A model generated the notes under the pieces. The model saw only the letters and a list, made by a program, of their open reading frames with translations. It was not told where the DNA came from and ran no database searches. Position numbers and translations under genes: made by a program. Shown piece by piece: positions 1-12,972 of a stretch of DNA of 64,000 bases. How positions within the stretch are numbered: position 1 is the first letter of the stretch; every line of letters starts with the position of its first letter. This DNA comes from the human T2T-CHM13v2.0 reference genome, Homo sapiens: assembly GCF_009914755.1 (NCBI RefSeq), contig NC_060940.1; one strand, given 5' to 3'.

Positions 1-1114
1 CTGGTCCTCCCGGGCCACGCTCTTTCGTGACAGCACAGAGTTTTTATTTTCTAACCTTCCGTGGAAATCTGGGTCACTCAAATAAGGAGGATGAGGCCTA
101 TGGTCTCAGGGAGCCGCGTGGGCCGAGCCCCCGTCCTGCGCACTCACAGCCGGGGAGCTCCAGGTGGAGAGAGAGGCGCCTGGGCCCCCCTCCCCACCTG
201 GCCTCCGGTGCATCTGGGCATGGGAATTCAGGCAGCACAAGCCGGCCCGGAGCTGAGGCACCCTCCCTTTTCCCCGCCAGGCACAGCTGCGTCCCCCCGA
301 GGCCATTGCCAGGTGGCTGCACGCTGGGGTCACCCCTCCTGAGGATGTAGAGGGGCTGCCTCCCTGCCCCCACCCCGGCTCACAGTGCGGGTGGCTCCCG
401 GCTCTCCTGAGTTGTGCTGGCCACCTCACGTTCCCCACCAGATGAACCCATCAGCCCATGGTTTCCTTTCTCCCCAGGAGGTTTGGGGCTGGGAGCTGGT
501 TCCTCTGCTCCCCTTGGGAGAGGGGTGGGTCCTCTGGCCCCTGCTTGGGTGGTGTGTGGGGCCCGGCCCGGCCGTGTGGGGCAAGAGTGGTGGGCACACC
601 GGCCCGTGCATCTTTTAATTGTGGTGGCTCTTTCTGGGCTGAGGTCCCTTCTCGGTCCTCCTCGTCCTGTTGGCACCGTAGGGGGACACATTCCCATTTG
701 TGACTTGGAATTGGGTGACTCTGAGAGCTGACGCCGAGATTTCTTGTTTGTGTTTTCTCACTCAGACTCAGAGGATGGTGAGGCCTGGGGAAGGGGCAGG
801 CAGGCCTGAGAGGACAGTGGGTGTTGGGGTGAGGGTGCCTCTTGCCCCTGGGGGCAGGCAGAGTGTCCACGAGCAAATCCTTTGCGTCCGGAGTGGGGTC
901 TTCACTGGCTGCTCCATTTGTCTGCGTGGGGAGCGGGAGACAGGAGCTCCCTGTGGCTCAGACCCTGCTCAGCTCCGTGGCTCCAGGCCAAGTAACGGTG
1001 CCCTGAATCCCGGCCCCTGCCTTCCTCTCAGCCCTGCAGAGGAGGCCGCGCAGCGTACAAGGCCCTCTGGCCAGCCCGGCACCAACTCATTCCTGTTGTT
1101 GGTCTTTTCCCAGT

Positions 1115-1680
1115 TTTATTGAGAGGTAATTTATCCACCACCTAACTCGCCAATGAAGGGTCCAATTCGGTCGTTCTCCCTGTATCCTCGCGGTGGTGCA
1201 GCCCCAGCAGCGATGGGTTCCAGAATGCTTTCCTCGCCCCGAGAGGAAACCCTGCAGTCAGCTGTCTCGGCGTCTCCCGCTGGCCTTTTCCGTCTCCGAG
1301 GTTGGCCTGTTCTGGACGTTCCCTGTATATGGGATCCCACGTGGTGTGGACTCCTGCACCGGCTTCTCTCGAGCTTTGTGCGGGCCGGTCGTCCATCCTC
1401 CCCGCAGAGCCCTGACCCTTCCACGGTTAGATGCGCCCTCATGTAGACGGGCTGCGGTGTTTATCTCTTCACCGCTGGTGGATGTCTGGGCCGTTTCACC
1501 CTTTGCTGCTGTTCATGGCGCTGCCGGGCCGTCCCTGCTCCAGGTTCGGGGGAAACCCTGGCTTCGTGTCTCTTGGACGTAAATCTGGGAGCAAAATTGC
1601 TGGGTCAGGCGGAAACAGTGTTGAGTCCTCGGAGGAATGGCCAGGCTGTTTTCCAAAGCGGTGCCCACCTGTTGACCCAC
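1115..1680 (-). mobile_element. Old LINE-1 3'-end fragment (L1MB-like)
   Basis: Collinear with remembered L1MB consensus blocks: TTTTATTGAG, TTCCAGAATGCTTT, TTCTGGACGTT, AATTGCTGGGTCA, CTGTTTTCCAAAGCGG. Confidence 0.7.
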
Positions 1681-2139
1681 CTCTCGCCCCCAGCTTTTGG
1701 GTCCCTGAGTGGTGGTTCAGCAGCAGTGAGTGCTGACAACCACACCCAGCCGGAGTCCAGGGCTGTGGGAGTGGACACGGCCCTTCCTTTCCTCGCCGAC
1801 CCTTTGGGGCGTCTCCCATCGGGAAATGGCAGCCCCTGACCTGCCCCGTGGGGATGAAACGGGCTCTTTGCGGGGGGCCTGTGGGGTATGGGCCTCCTGT
1901 CAGCAGCCCGTCCCGGTGGGTGGGGCTTGCCGGCCGCCCGCGAATGTCAGGAACCTTGGATTCCTGACACACGGGTGCGGGGGCGATATCGGCGCGGAGC
2001 GGGCGGGGTGGCGCCCGGGCCGCGGGTGGGAGAATCTGGCGTGTGTGTTTGCACGGCATCCATCCCTCCATCCGTCCTCTGGAGAATTTCAACACCCACA
2101 CTTGGAATAAAAAAAAAAATTATTAATGAGCTTGGTGCG

Positions 2140-2261
2140 GTTGCCATGGGAACCTGTTGCTAATGAATCTCTGGGGTTTCCTGTTACCTTTGCCAAGTCG
2201 AGGAAGGCTGGAGCCACACTCCTCACCGCGGCGGTGCCACTAATGGGGTTGCCGTGGCAAC
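2140..2261. promoter_or_regulatory. Pair of RFX X-box motifs (candidate intronic enhancer)
   Basis: GTTGCCATGGGAAC (2140-2153) and GTTGCCGTGGCAAC (2248-2261), each one mismatch from GTTGCCATGGCAAC. Confidence 0.65.
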
Positions 2262-5200
2262 GCCTGTCACTAATCCCCAGCTGCTCCTGGTTGACCGGCC
2301 CGGCCTGTGTTACATAAAGCGGTTTGGCCCATGCAAGCCGGCTCCTGGCTAGGGACCCCGAGACCCCTCCTTTGCTTCCTGAAAGGAGCCCACCCCTCCT
2401 TCAGGGACACACCCAGACACGGGAAACGGGACACCTGGAGCTGTGGCGCTGGTGTGTGCTTAGAAAGTGCACCTGCGAGGTTGGGGCGTGGCCTGGCCGT
2501 CCGTCCGCGGGGCCCGGGCTGCCCATGGCAGCAGGTGCTCAGTAAGCACTCGCCCCACCAGTGCGTGGAGCACGTGGGGCCTCAGGAGCCAGGCCTGTTC
2601 CCCGGGGCTGCCTGGAGGCGGCCGCTTGTCCCCAAGGCCTGGTGACCGCACCTCTGTCTGCCCTAGGCCTTCGAGTTGGGGGACATTTTGTAAGGAGCCG
2701 CTGTGCCTAGGCCAGAGATGTTTTCGGAAGGGGTGCCTGTACCCCGAGAGGTGGACCAGAATTCCCCTGGGGCACGGTGGCGGGAGACCAGGGCGGCCTC
2801 TGGTGCCCCCGCCCCCTCCAGTTGGGGCGGTTGATGTGGGATCCCCCCCCCCAAGTGACAGTTTCTGCCCAGCTCACCCCGATGAGCCCACCATGTCCAG
2901 TCTGTTTGGACGCTGGCCATCCAGCAACCCCCATCTCCTCCCTCCTAGGGCCTGAGGCCTGCAGTTCCCAAAGCAGGAAGGTCTGAAGCTGGTAGAGTCC
3001 ATGCAGTCCGACCACCCACCCCGGGGCGTGGTTCTAGGATGGGGCCAACGATGTGGGGAGGCTCCTGGGCAGGCGGGGAGGCTGCTGGACTTGTGATTGT
3101 GGCTCCTGCTTGGGCTGCTCTGGGGGACCCTCCAGCTTCCCTGCCGGGTGCCCAGGTCACCCCAGAGCTGGGGAGATGCACCCTGGAGGCAGGGAGGGCT
3201 CCCTGGAGGTGGTGACAGGTGGGGTCGTGGTGGGGAGGTTGATGATCCAGTGTGTCTGGTGGTCCTCAGTGTCCCCCGAGCCCCTCATGCATCGTGCTCG
3301 GCCGAGTTGGCCCTGTGTCAGGAGCCTGCTGGGCCCCACTCATTGCCCTCCAGACCCTTCCAGAGTCCCAGGGCACCATGCCCCACTCTGGGTGCCTTGT
3401 CCTAGGGGGATCATGGCGCCCCCCAGCCTTGCCCTCCAGGCCTCTCCTGGAGCCTGAGGCCCGAGGAGGGGTGAGGCTGTCTGCATCGGGTACTCCCTCC
3501 TCCTCAGCCCGCTCCCCACTTTAGGGGCCGCAGGGGGTGCCCCGCTCTGAAGTACCCTGGCCTGTGAGCCTCTAGGAGGTGGGCTGGGGCCGCCCCCTGC
3601 CCGCCTGGGGTGAGTCTGCCCACAGTGGAGTCTTAGGGTGATGCCAGGGCGTTCTCTGCCAGGGTTACGAGTGCGTGGGCTCGGGTGCTCCATAAGCATG
3701 CAGCCTTGGCAACAGGAGATGGAGGGAGGAAAGGTTCTGGACTGTTCCAGATACCAGAACGCTGGGTGTGCATCCCAGAGCCTGCCTGGCAGCGGCCAGT
3801 CTTCCTGCGGCGGGGTGGGGGTGGGGGTGGGGGTGGGGCTTGCTGGGGGTCTTAGCCTGGAACGTGGACGTGGACGTGGACGGGCTTCCTTTGCCGCTAT
3901 GTTCACTGTGGGCGGCACCGTCGCTGGTGGCCGAATCTGCCCCAAACAGCACTTGGTGAAGGGCTGGCATCAGATGATGCATGGGCTGGCAGAACCCCCG
4001 ACCTGCCCTCCCACCCTCTGACACAGGTGTCGTGGACTGGGCTGGTGGGTTGGGCCCCGAGAGGGTGGCAGGGGCATTCGCCTTGGTCCTCGCCAGCATG
4101 CCCGCGGCCCCCGCGACGTTCCCCCAAGAAGCAGCAGCAGGGCTTGGCGGGCACAGCGCGTGTCTCGGGTTCCCCGTGGGCAGCGACCCCAAGCTCCAGC
4201 CTCTCCCACCGAGAGACACTTCAGAGCTGTGCGGGCCGTGCTTTCGCCTCCGCCCATCAGCCGGCTCCCGGGCTCCCGGTGCTTCCCTCGGAGATCAGGG
4301 AGGCCCCAGCCCACTTGTCTGGGTCGGCCACAGGCCGCTGGGGGCAGCTGACACCACTGTGGCTGTGGGAGCTTCAGGCCAGCCGGCTGGTGCTTGTTCC
4401 CAGGAACGTTTGTCCGTCTGCCTCCCAGGCCTGGTCCCTGGCCCCTGGCCCCAGGGTGAGCAGGGCCCATCTAGAGCCCAGGACCGGCTTCCCCGTGAGG
4501 CCGGACATGGGCGTGTGCGACCGCCCAGCACTGCAGTCACGCTGGGAAGCTCGGGTTTGGAGCTGGGCGGCTGGGGTGTTTTTCTGAGCGTTTGAAATAT
4601 GGCCTGCCCACGGGTCGGGATCAAGGATGTTTTAATTCCTAATTTAGACTGTTTATGTGCAGGGCTCAAGTCCCGGTGGGAAGAGACAGTGTGGGCTGAG
4701 CCCCCCTCCCCCGCTCGCCTCTCCAGGGCGGCCTCCCGGCTTACAGCGAGCTCCCAGCAGCTGGGGGGTGCAGGGTCTGCCTGCAGGTGTGCCAGGGGAG
4801 GGGCCTGACCTCTGCACCCTGACCCCAGCCCACCCGGGTGTGTCCCAACTGCAGGGTTACCGAGGCTCAGCCCACCCTGTTCCCACTCAGTGCAGAGCCT
4901 TCTTTGTGAGGGGCGGGCCCCTCCCCACGCCTTCGGGCCTTTCCCTGGGTTGGGGAGCTGAGGTCGCACCATGGCTATGGGGCAGCAGGGCTCCCTGGGA
5001 CGGAGCCAGCGGGACAGGGCCCGAGGAATCCGGGGTAACACTGGGCAGAAGCAGCTGTCAGCATGGTTTCCCGTAAAAGAGACTGGGAGAGAGACAGAGG
5101 CAGGGGAGGGGAGCGGGTGGACGGGAGGAGATGGACCGTGAACAGTGAAAGACGTACCCCGACACCGGCCTGCGGACCCCCACAAGCCCAGTGGCCCTCA

Positions 5201-8109
5201 GCCTTGGGATTTTGGGGTTTTCCAACTTTAATCAGGGAATGTCTGTCTCCCCTGCATGAGTGATCTGTGGAGCCTGGTCGGCATCCTGATTGTCATGCCG
5301 ACCGAGTTTGTGGGGCCCTCCTCGTGCCCCCACGATCTGGACAGGGATTTCGGGGTGAGGGAAGCTGGGCTGGGTTGGGCCCCCCCACCGCCGTGTGCAG
5401 GAGGAAGAGGCCAGGAGACCAGGGCATGATGGGGCAGCTCCCCACTGCACCCCTTCTTTCCTGTGGGCTGTGCAGGTTTTCTTTTTGTTTTGGGTGCTGG
5501 CCCCGGTCCTGTGGGTCAGGGTTCAAGGCGCCAACCCCGCATTGTCTGCTTGGCTCAGTGGTTCCCGTGTGGAGGGTTGGGGTGCCTGGTCTGGGGGCCT
5601 TCTGCTCCCCAGGGGGACAGGTACAGCCAGGTGTCAGGACAGGGCAGATCCTCTCTCTAGCTCTCCCCCCAACCACTGCACCCATAGCCCGTCCCTCCCT
5701 CTTCCTGCACACCCTTGGCTCCCTGTCCCACTCCACGGCCAGGCCTTTGTCCCTGCTGAGCCCCTCCCCTCCCCTAGTGCCTTCCCACCCGCACCCCTGG
5801 GGTGCTCTCTGGGGAGCCCTGGAAGTCCCTGCCCTGCCCAGCTGTCTGCTCACCCCCGCGCCGCCCAGGATCACCTCCTCGTGGGGAGGTCTCTCGGGCA
5901 GCCTGCTCTGTGGGGCCCTCCTGGGCGGGCTGGGCGTCTGGGGGGATCGTGGGGCTTTGGGGCTGTCAGCAGCCCAGGGGGGTAAGAGGACGAGGCCCAG
6001 ATGGGCCAGTGGCCCTGGGGACAGGCTTTCCTTAGAAAGTCACTGGGTTCCCGGGCAGAGAACCCCCGCAGCCCACTTTTTGGCCCTGGGCTCTGACCAC
6101 AGAGTCTGCAGAGCCTGGAGCCCGGAGGAGGCCCGCGGGAAGCTTCTGGAAACAAAGGTCGAATGGAGATGGGGGTCAGGGTGGGTTTTATTTTCCAGGC
6201 ATTAAACTCCCTTGGCTGCCGCAGAAAACCAGAGGCGCCTCAGGCGGCTTTTGTCCCTCGGAGCTGTGGGGTTCCCTCATTTCCAGTTTGCCAAGGCCGC
6301 CTGGGGGCTGCCTCCGTCCTTCCCGCCTCCTGGGCCGTGCCTCGGCCCACAGAGACCACCACCCTCCCTCCCTCCTGGAGTCCCTGGAGCTCTGGGCAGC
6401 CTCCCACCGTCCACAACTTTGCCACCCTCTCAGGCTGGGCAGACACTACCCCCAACTCGGCTCCGTCTCCGAGCGCCAGCTGGGTCTGAGGCGTCTGTTC
6501 TGGGCTCTTCTCGCCCACAGACGAGAGGGTCAGGGCAGAGCCCAAGGCCAGGGAGCAGTGTCCACGGGTGGGGGCATGTTCACAGGCCAGGCGGGCGCCA
6601 GGACGGACGCTGGGGTCCAAGTGCGGCATGGGGTTCGCGTGGGCCCCCCGCCAGGTGCTGTGGAGTCCGAGTGGGTCGGCTCAAGGTCCTGGGGTCCCCA
6701 GCAGCCTTCACTGAACTCTGAAGCCAGCCTGCAGGTGTCAGACGTCACCGGGATGATGCTGGGGTGGACGGGGCCCCGGGCCGCAGGGCGTGGGCCGCAC
6801 ACGGTGGGTGTCAGGGGCGAGAGTGGCTGCGTGCCTCGATCCGGCTGGCCCAGGGCGAGTCTGCCTTTCCTGCCTGACCCCGCCCCTGGAGCTTGGCAGG
6901 GAGTTGGGGCTGGGGCTCCCCCCACAGTGCATCACCGCAGCCTTGCCTGTTGAGTAGAAAGGAGCTCGGGGAGCCAGGCCGTGCCATCCCCAATGTTCCA
7001 GGCTCTACCTGGGCCCCTCTCACGCCGTCCCTAGGCTGCCCCCAGGCGTCCTCCCCTCTTAGACGGTGGCAGCGCGGCTGCCCTCACCCTGCCCTGGGCC
7101 TGGCCCGCCTCCGTCTGGGGTGGTCGTGGGGTCCCCAGCAGGACACGTAAGTACCTGTGTGTTGTCCCGAGCATCACCCGCTCTGTGGAGGGAACCCCGA
7201 GGCGTGGGAGCAGTGGGTAGTCTGCACTCCACACCGCTGGATCCTAGCAGGAGCTCCCGGCTTCTGTAATTAAACGATTTATTATTAAAGCAGCCGCTTT
7301 CCCATAACCGGCTTCCTGTAGCCACAGGGGCAGAGCCACCCGCATGGGTGTGGGGCAGGGAGGTGCATGGGGTGAGCTGGGGCACCCTTCTCCCCGGGGC
7401 ACCCAGGGGCGGAGTGGGCTGCTGCTGCCTGGGTGCCCCCGAGGGCTCCTGTCCAGGCCCAGGGCTGTGGGCTGGGAGGACTCACGGCTTTGCTCCTCCG
7501 AGGCGGGGCAGGGGCTGTGATCAGGGCCAGGACAGCCCCGTGGGGACTCTCGCAGTCACTGGCCCTAAGCCTTGTTGGTCCTCGGCAGCTGGCCCCAGGG
7601 ACACCAGGTCCCTGCAGGTGGGTGCTGCCTGGGAGGGAGGGGAGGGGTGGGGCCAGAGTCCCAGGGCCGCAGACCTGCCCTGGGTGTGGCGTGGAGAGCC
7701 CTCTGTGTGGCCATGGGCCTGGGGAGCTGGGAAGCCCAAGTGTCCTTGTGGATATTGGGGTGTCGAGGTGTGGGGCAAGTTGGAGGTCCTAGCGTGTTTA
7801 AGCAGCTGACGGGCGCGAGGTGGAGGTGTCCAAAAGGCCGAGGCTGGAAGGGGGCAGTAGATGGGGTGCTGGTGGCCAGGCAGGGAGGAAAGGGGTGCGG
7901 AGCTTTGCAGGGGTTTGGGTGGGTGGCATCGGGAGGCCCAGCAGGCAAAAGGTGGCCAGAGCCCTGGGGTAGTGGGATGCCCTTCCGGAGTGTGGGATGA
8001 GGCGTGCTCCCCCACAACCTCCAGAACAGCGGCTGCGCCTCCAGGCCTCGGGCCCCTTCACGCTGGTGCGGACGGACGAAGCCCAAAGCCTCTGCTCCTG
8101 GGTTCTCTC

Positions 8110-8390
8110 TCTCGCTATTTACTTTTTTAGTATTTAACATGAAAAATTTTAAAAAATTGTTTACTAACTTAACCACAATAATAAGCCCTTTGTGTGTTAA
8201 CATAACACGTCCTTTTATGGAAAAGGTTATATTTCTCAAAACGTTAAAAACTCAGTGAGAAGAGGGGCTGTGTTTTGCAGTTTTGCAAGACCCTCTGCCT
8301 GGCCTGGTGGAAGCATCCGGGAACGCCCGTCGGAGGGGTGAGGGAAGGAGGGTGGGGCTCCCCGGCCGCCGTGCTGAGAACCACTGGTCT
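8110..8390. mobile_element. hAT-Charlie (Charlie1-like) DNA transposon fragment
   Basis: AT-rich island with CAATAATAAGCCC..TGTTAACATAA..AGTGAGAAGAG..TTTTGCAA and terminal TGAGAACCACTG. Confidence 0.6.
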
Positions 8391-8447
8391 AAACCAGCAG
8401 GCTCACCCCGGGAGAATTCCCCTACTCCTGAAAGGCTGTGGGTGTTG

Positions 8448-8710
8448 ACCTGTGCACACAGTGGGGCCTCACACCACATGGGAGTTGTGGACATTAACCT
8501 GTGCACACAGTGGGACCTCACGTCACGTGGGGCTGTGGACATTTACCTGTGCACACAGTGGGGCCTCACACCACATGGGAGTTGTGGACATTAACCTGTG
8601 CACACAGTGGGACCTCACGTCACGTGGGGCTGTGGGCATTGACCTGCGTGCACAGTAGGGCCTCACATCATGCGGGCCTGTGGAAGTTGACCTGTGCATA
8701 CAGTGGGCCT
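8448..8710. repeat. Minisatellite, ~48-49 bp unit (97-bp dimer), ~5.5 copies
   Basis: ACCTGTGCACACAGTGGG recurs at 8448, 8497, 8545 and 8594, then degenerates. Confidence 0.9.
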
Positions 8711-9911
8711 CCTGATACGGGGAGCTGTCACCTAGCTGGCCTCACAGTCCATGCAGCTCTGAGACCCACCACAGAGCCGTGGCCCCTCAGATGAGGGGAC
8801 TGAAGCAGAGAGTCTCCAAGGAAGGGCAGAGGTCCTGGCGGCCTCAGTTTGCTCCTCCCTCTCATGGCACCCGGCTGAAGTCTCCTGTGGGGCTCCTGGG
8901 TTCAAGGCCACCCCATGGCCACGGGCCAGCTGCCTTTCTCTCATTTCTCCTGGAGCGCACCCTTGGTGGGAGCTAGACCCCAGAGCCCAGGATATGGAGG
9001 TAACTAATGTTTCACAGCAGCCAAGCATGAATTTAGCCCATTGCTGCCAGGATGGGGGGCTCCATCTCGGGGTGCTGGCATGAGGCTTTCAACAGCTGCG
9101 GTCAGCACAGCCCACCTGGCCCAGCCTGGACTCTGCAGGGTGGCAGCTGGGGTGTGGCCATGGGGAGGGAGGGAGGGAAGGAAGGATGGGGTCACTGTAG
9201 CTCTCGAAGGGAAGCCCCTGCCACGCTCAGGGCTGTCTGGGCCCCTCCCCAAGCAGGGGCAGAGGTACCTTCCAGAACACAGCAGAACAGCGTGTGTCCA
9301 GCCCCCAGCTGGGAGAGGAGAGGCGCCCAATGTTAGTTTAAAAAAAAATGACTCAGACAGTTCACAGAGCCTTCCTTTTCCTGCTGGCTTCCAAGAATTC
9401 CGATCTGACTTAATGGATCGAGTCGTTGGTGGATCGATTCAGACATGGACGAGAGCCAGGATGGCCGAGTTGGCGTGGCCCTGGCCTCGAGGCTCCCCGG
9501 GGCCCAGGTCTGCAGCCAGCTGGCGGTGGGCAGGCAGGGGGCCGGCGGGAGGCCCCCACCCGCACCTTCACCCCCAACCCCCACGTCCACCCCCCCACCC
9601 CCCACCTCCACCCCCACCAGCCGGGCCTGGCCATGGCTCCGTGGTGGGTCTCAGGGCTGCATGGACTGTGAGGCCAGCTAGGTGGTGGCTCCGTGTATCA
9701 GGAGTCCTACTCTACGCACAGGTCAACTTCCACAGGCCCGCGTGATGTGAGGCCCCACTGCGCGCGCAGGCCAACGCCCACTGCCCCACGTAATGCCCTA
9801 CTGTGCGCGCGGGCCAACGCCCACTGCCCCACGTGACGTGAGGCCCTACTGTGCGCACAGGTTAATGTCCACAGCCCTTATGTGGTGTGAGGCTCTACTG
9901 TGTGTGTAGGT
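8545..9911. repeat. Long inverted repeat; arms 8545-8784 and 9629-9911
   Basis: The right arm is the reverse complement of the left, e.g. GCTGCATGGACTGTGAGGCCAGCTAGGTG is exact. Confidence 0.9.
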
Positions 9912-12244
9912 GTGCCTACCAAGGGAAGCCCTCCTGCATGTGGGGTCCCCTGCTGGGTTCTGGGGAGCCCCGGGAGGGCCACTCACCTTCCCCGCAGGTC
10001 CCTTTGGTAGTTTTGCATTATACAGGCTGGTTGTGGGGCAGGGCTTTGAGGGGGTTGACAGGAGACAGGGTCTGGGGCCCTCAGGACTCCCCACTGCTGT
10101 GTCGTCGCTCCTGCTGGGCCCTGGCCTGGGCTGGATGCACCCCTGCCCCTCCACCCTGTAGCCTCCAGCTCCTAAGCACCACCCACTCTAGGTCCCCGTC
10201 TGCTCGCCGTGTCCCGAGCTTGTCCTTCACTGTTGCCGTGCCCACTGCTGACAGCTGGCCCCGTCCATTTACTCTCATGTCCGAGAATCTGAAGCGGTCC
10301 CTGACACACACTAGTTACTCCGCAGATGCCGGAGGGAGGAGGAGGAGACCAGATCTCCTTCCTAGAGGAAGATCCTGGGAGTGGGTTTTGAGGGCTGCGT
10401 AGGAGTGTTCCCAGGCTGGGCAGGTAGGTGGGCAGTGGGCGTTGCAGGCCGCGGGCGAGTTGGGCTGGGCTTGGGATGGTGCGTTGAGGGGCGTGTGCCA
10501 GTGGCCCCTGCCCGTCTCGGGCAGACCTTGGGCTGCCATTCCTCCTGCCCGGACCCCCAGTGCAGGCTCTGCAACAGCCTGGAGTTTGACCCCAGTTCCT
10601 CCGTCTGGACCTGGCCTGGGGGCTGCCATGCTCCCAGGACATCCTGGTGGCTGCTGGGTCCCAACCCCGTTCGTGGAGGCGCCTCCCACTCCCATCGCCC
10701 AGTCACAGGACACACCGTGTCTAGCGGGCTCTGATCTTTACACCTCATCGCAGATTGGCTTGCATAATGGCTCAGCTGGGTTCTAGACTTTGGGAATTTC
10801 AGCCTAACCCATTAAACATAAACGCTGTGTGGTTACAGATGCTGTGTGGTTAGAGATGTTTGTGCTGGAGCTGCCCTGACTGTCGGTTCTGAGCTTGGAG
10901 CTCTAATTAGTGCCCGACGGGGCATCTCACCCACCACGGGAGGGCAGGGGCGAGGCGCAGCAGCAATGTCTCGGAGCTCCCCTGCCCATCCTTGGGTCCA
11001 GCTGTGAGGACAGCCAGGCATGGGTCTGGGAGGGCTGTCCCCGCAGAGTGGGGTCGGCCGCTCCTACTCTCGGCAGCACCAGGGTCTCTGCATGGACCCC
11101 AGCTGCCGTCTCTTTCTGCAGGTGGGCATGGCAATGACCTGTGGCTCGGGCTGAGGAGGCCTGGGGCCAGTACTTCCCCCCATGCTCAGAGGTGACGGGC
11201 CTGGGCTGCTGTGGGGATTCCGAGAATGGAATCTGGGTCTCAGGTGACCCCCCAACCAAGGGGTTCCGGGTTTGTCTGCACAGGCCCCGGGACCAGCCAC
11301 TGTAGCAGTGAGCAGGGGGCTGATGGGGGTCCGGGGGCCGGCTGGGCACCAAGTCTCTGTGACCCACAGGGGATGCTCATGAAGCTCAGTTTATCAGCCC
11401 AGAAAATGATGGTGCTGGGAGGGGAGCGGGGCCGCCCCGCCGGGGAGCTGCCTCTGTCCTGCCTCCCCTCGGCCCTTCCCCCGCGTCTCTTCACCCCAGG
11501 GGACGGGGAGGGGGTCCTAAGGATGATGTGGCTTTCTGAGGGCTGAGTGTCTGCTACGGCTGCTGTGAGGATGTTCCGTGGACAGGGTGGCCTGGGTTTG
11601 GCTTAGGTGGGGGCAGAGTCCCCAGGCTGGGAGGAGGCGCTGGAAAAGGCCTGGGCAGCCTCACTCCCTCCCCCCAGGAGCTTCCCCCAGGCCCTCCGCA
11701 CCTTCTCTGAACCCTACACTGAACCCCAAAGGTCACTGACTTCACAGGCTGCCACCTTCAGGTGTCTGTCCTGGGCGGCCCTTTTTGTCATTCCACTGAC
11801 ATTTACAAAGGACATCTCGGACTCTCGGACCCTTGGATTTCTAAGTGACACAGGCTGGATGGAGTTTGACTCCACCAGGGGCTGCTGTCCCCCAGGCCTC
11901 TCCCAGGGCCGATCCCCTCCAGGGCCGGGTCCCCTGCTGCCCGGGCCTCAGCCCCGGCTCTGACATTTACACACTGCAGCCGCCGGCACCCTCGGAGACA
12001 GCCTGAAGTTCAGGGCCGAGGGCCCTCCTCATGGTACGGTGCGGGGACGGCGTCTGACCGAGGCCCACCCTGCCGTCGCCCCGGAGTCCCCCAAGCTGGC
12101 ACAGCTAGCGGCTCACGGTCACACGTCTGTCATAGGTTTGAGGGCTGAATTCTGACCGGGGCAGAGAGTGGAACGAGCTCCAAGTGAGAAATGGGGTGTT
12201 GGGGTGGAAGGGAAGGGGCCCCCCAGGACAGGCTTGGGAGGGGG

Positions 12245-12580
12245 CGTCCTAGTGTGCTTGGGCTGTGACAGAAATTCTGAGGACGTGGTGGCCGGGGACA
12301 GAGGGAGTGTGTTTCTCGGTTCTGGAGGCTGGACGTCCCAGGGAAGGGCTGGGCAGGATGGGGCTCCACGGGGGCCACTTCTGGGTGCAGACGCCTGCTT
12401 CTGCCTGTGTCCTCACCTGGTGGGAGGTGGAGGGGTCTCTCGGGGTCCTTGTTACAAGGGCATTAACCCCATTCCTGAGGGCTCCGCCGCTCCTGACCTC
12501 ACCTCATCCCAGTCACCTCCCAAAGGCCCCACTGGGTCTCAGCGTCTGAACTCCATGGGGACACAAACTCTCCGTCCCCA
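12245..12580 (-). mobile_element. MaLR LTR (MLT1-like)
   Basis: GTTCTGGAGGCTGG..TGTGTCCTCAC..AAGGGCATTAACCCCATT..TCACCTCCCAAAGGCCCC..GGGGACACAAAC. Confidence 0.75.
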
Positions 12581-12619
12581 GCAGGTGCCCGGGCTGCGGG
12601 CACCGCCCTTTCTCCCTGG

Positions 12620-12960
12620 GACCCCCGGGGTCTCTCCCGCCCCCTCTCCCTGAGGCCTCCCCCACTCCCTCTCCCTGGGGACCCCATGGTCCCTCCCCCA
12701 CCCCGGAACCCCCCCCCCCATGGACTCTCCTGCCCCCTCTCCCTGGGGCCTCCCCCGCCCCCTCTCCCTGGGGACCCCATGGTCACTCCCCCACCCCGGA
12801 AACCGCCCCCCCATGGACTCTCCCGCCCCCTCTCCATGGGGCACCTCATGGTCCCTCCCGGCTCTGCCTGGGATCCCCCAACGGGCTCTCCTGCCCCGGC
12901 TCCTTGGATCCCTCCATGGTCCCTCCCGCCCCCTCTTTCTGGACCCTCCCCCACGGCCTC
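12620..12960. repeat. Imperfect C-rich tandem duplication (~95-bp unit)
   Basis: CCCTCTCCCTGGGGACCCCATGGTC..CCACCCCGGAA..CCCCCATGGACTCTCC present twice, plus partial copies. Confidence 0.75.
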
Positions 12961-12972
12961 CCCAGCCGCCTC

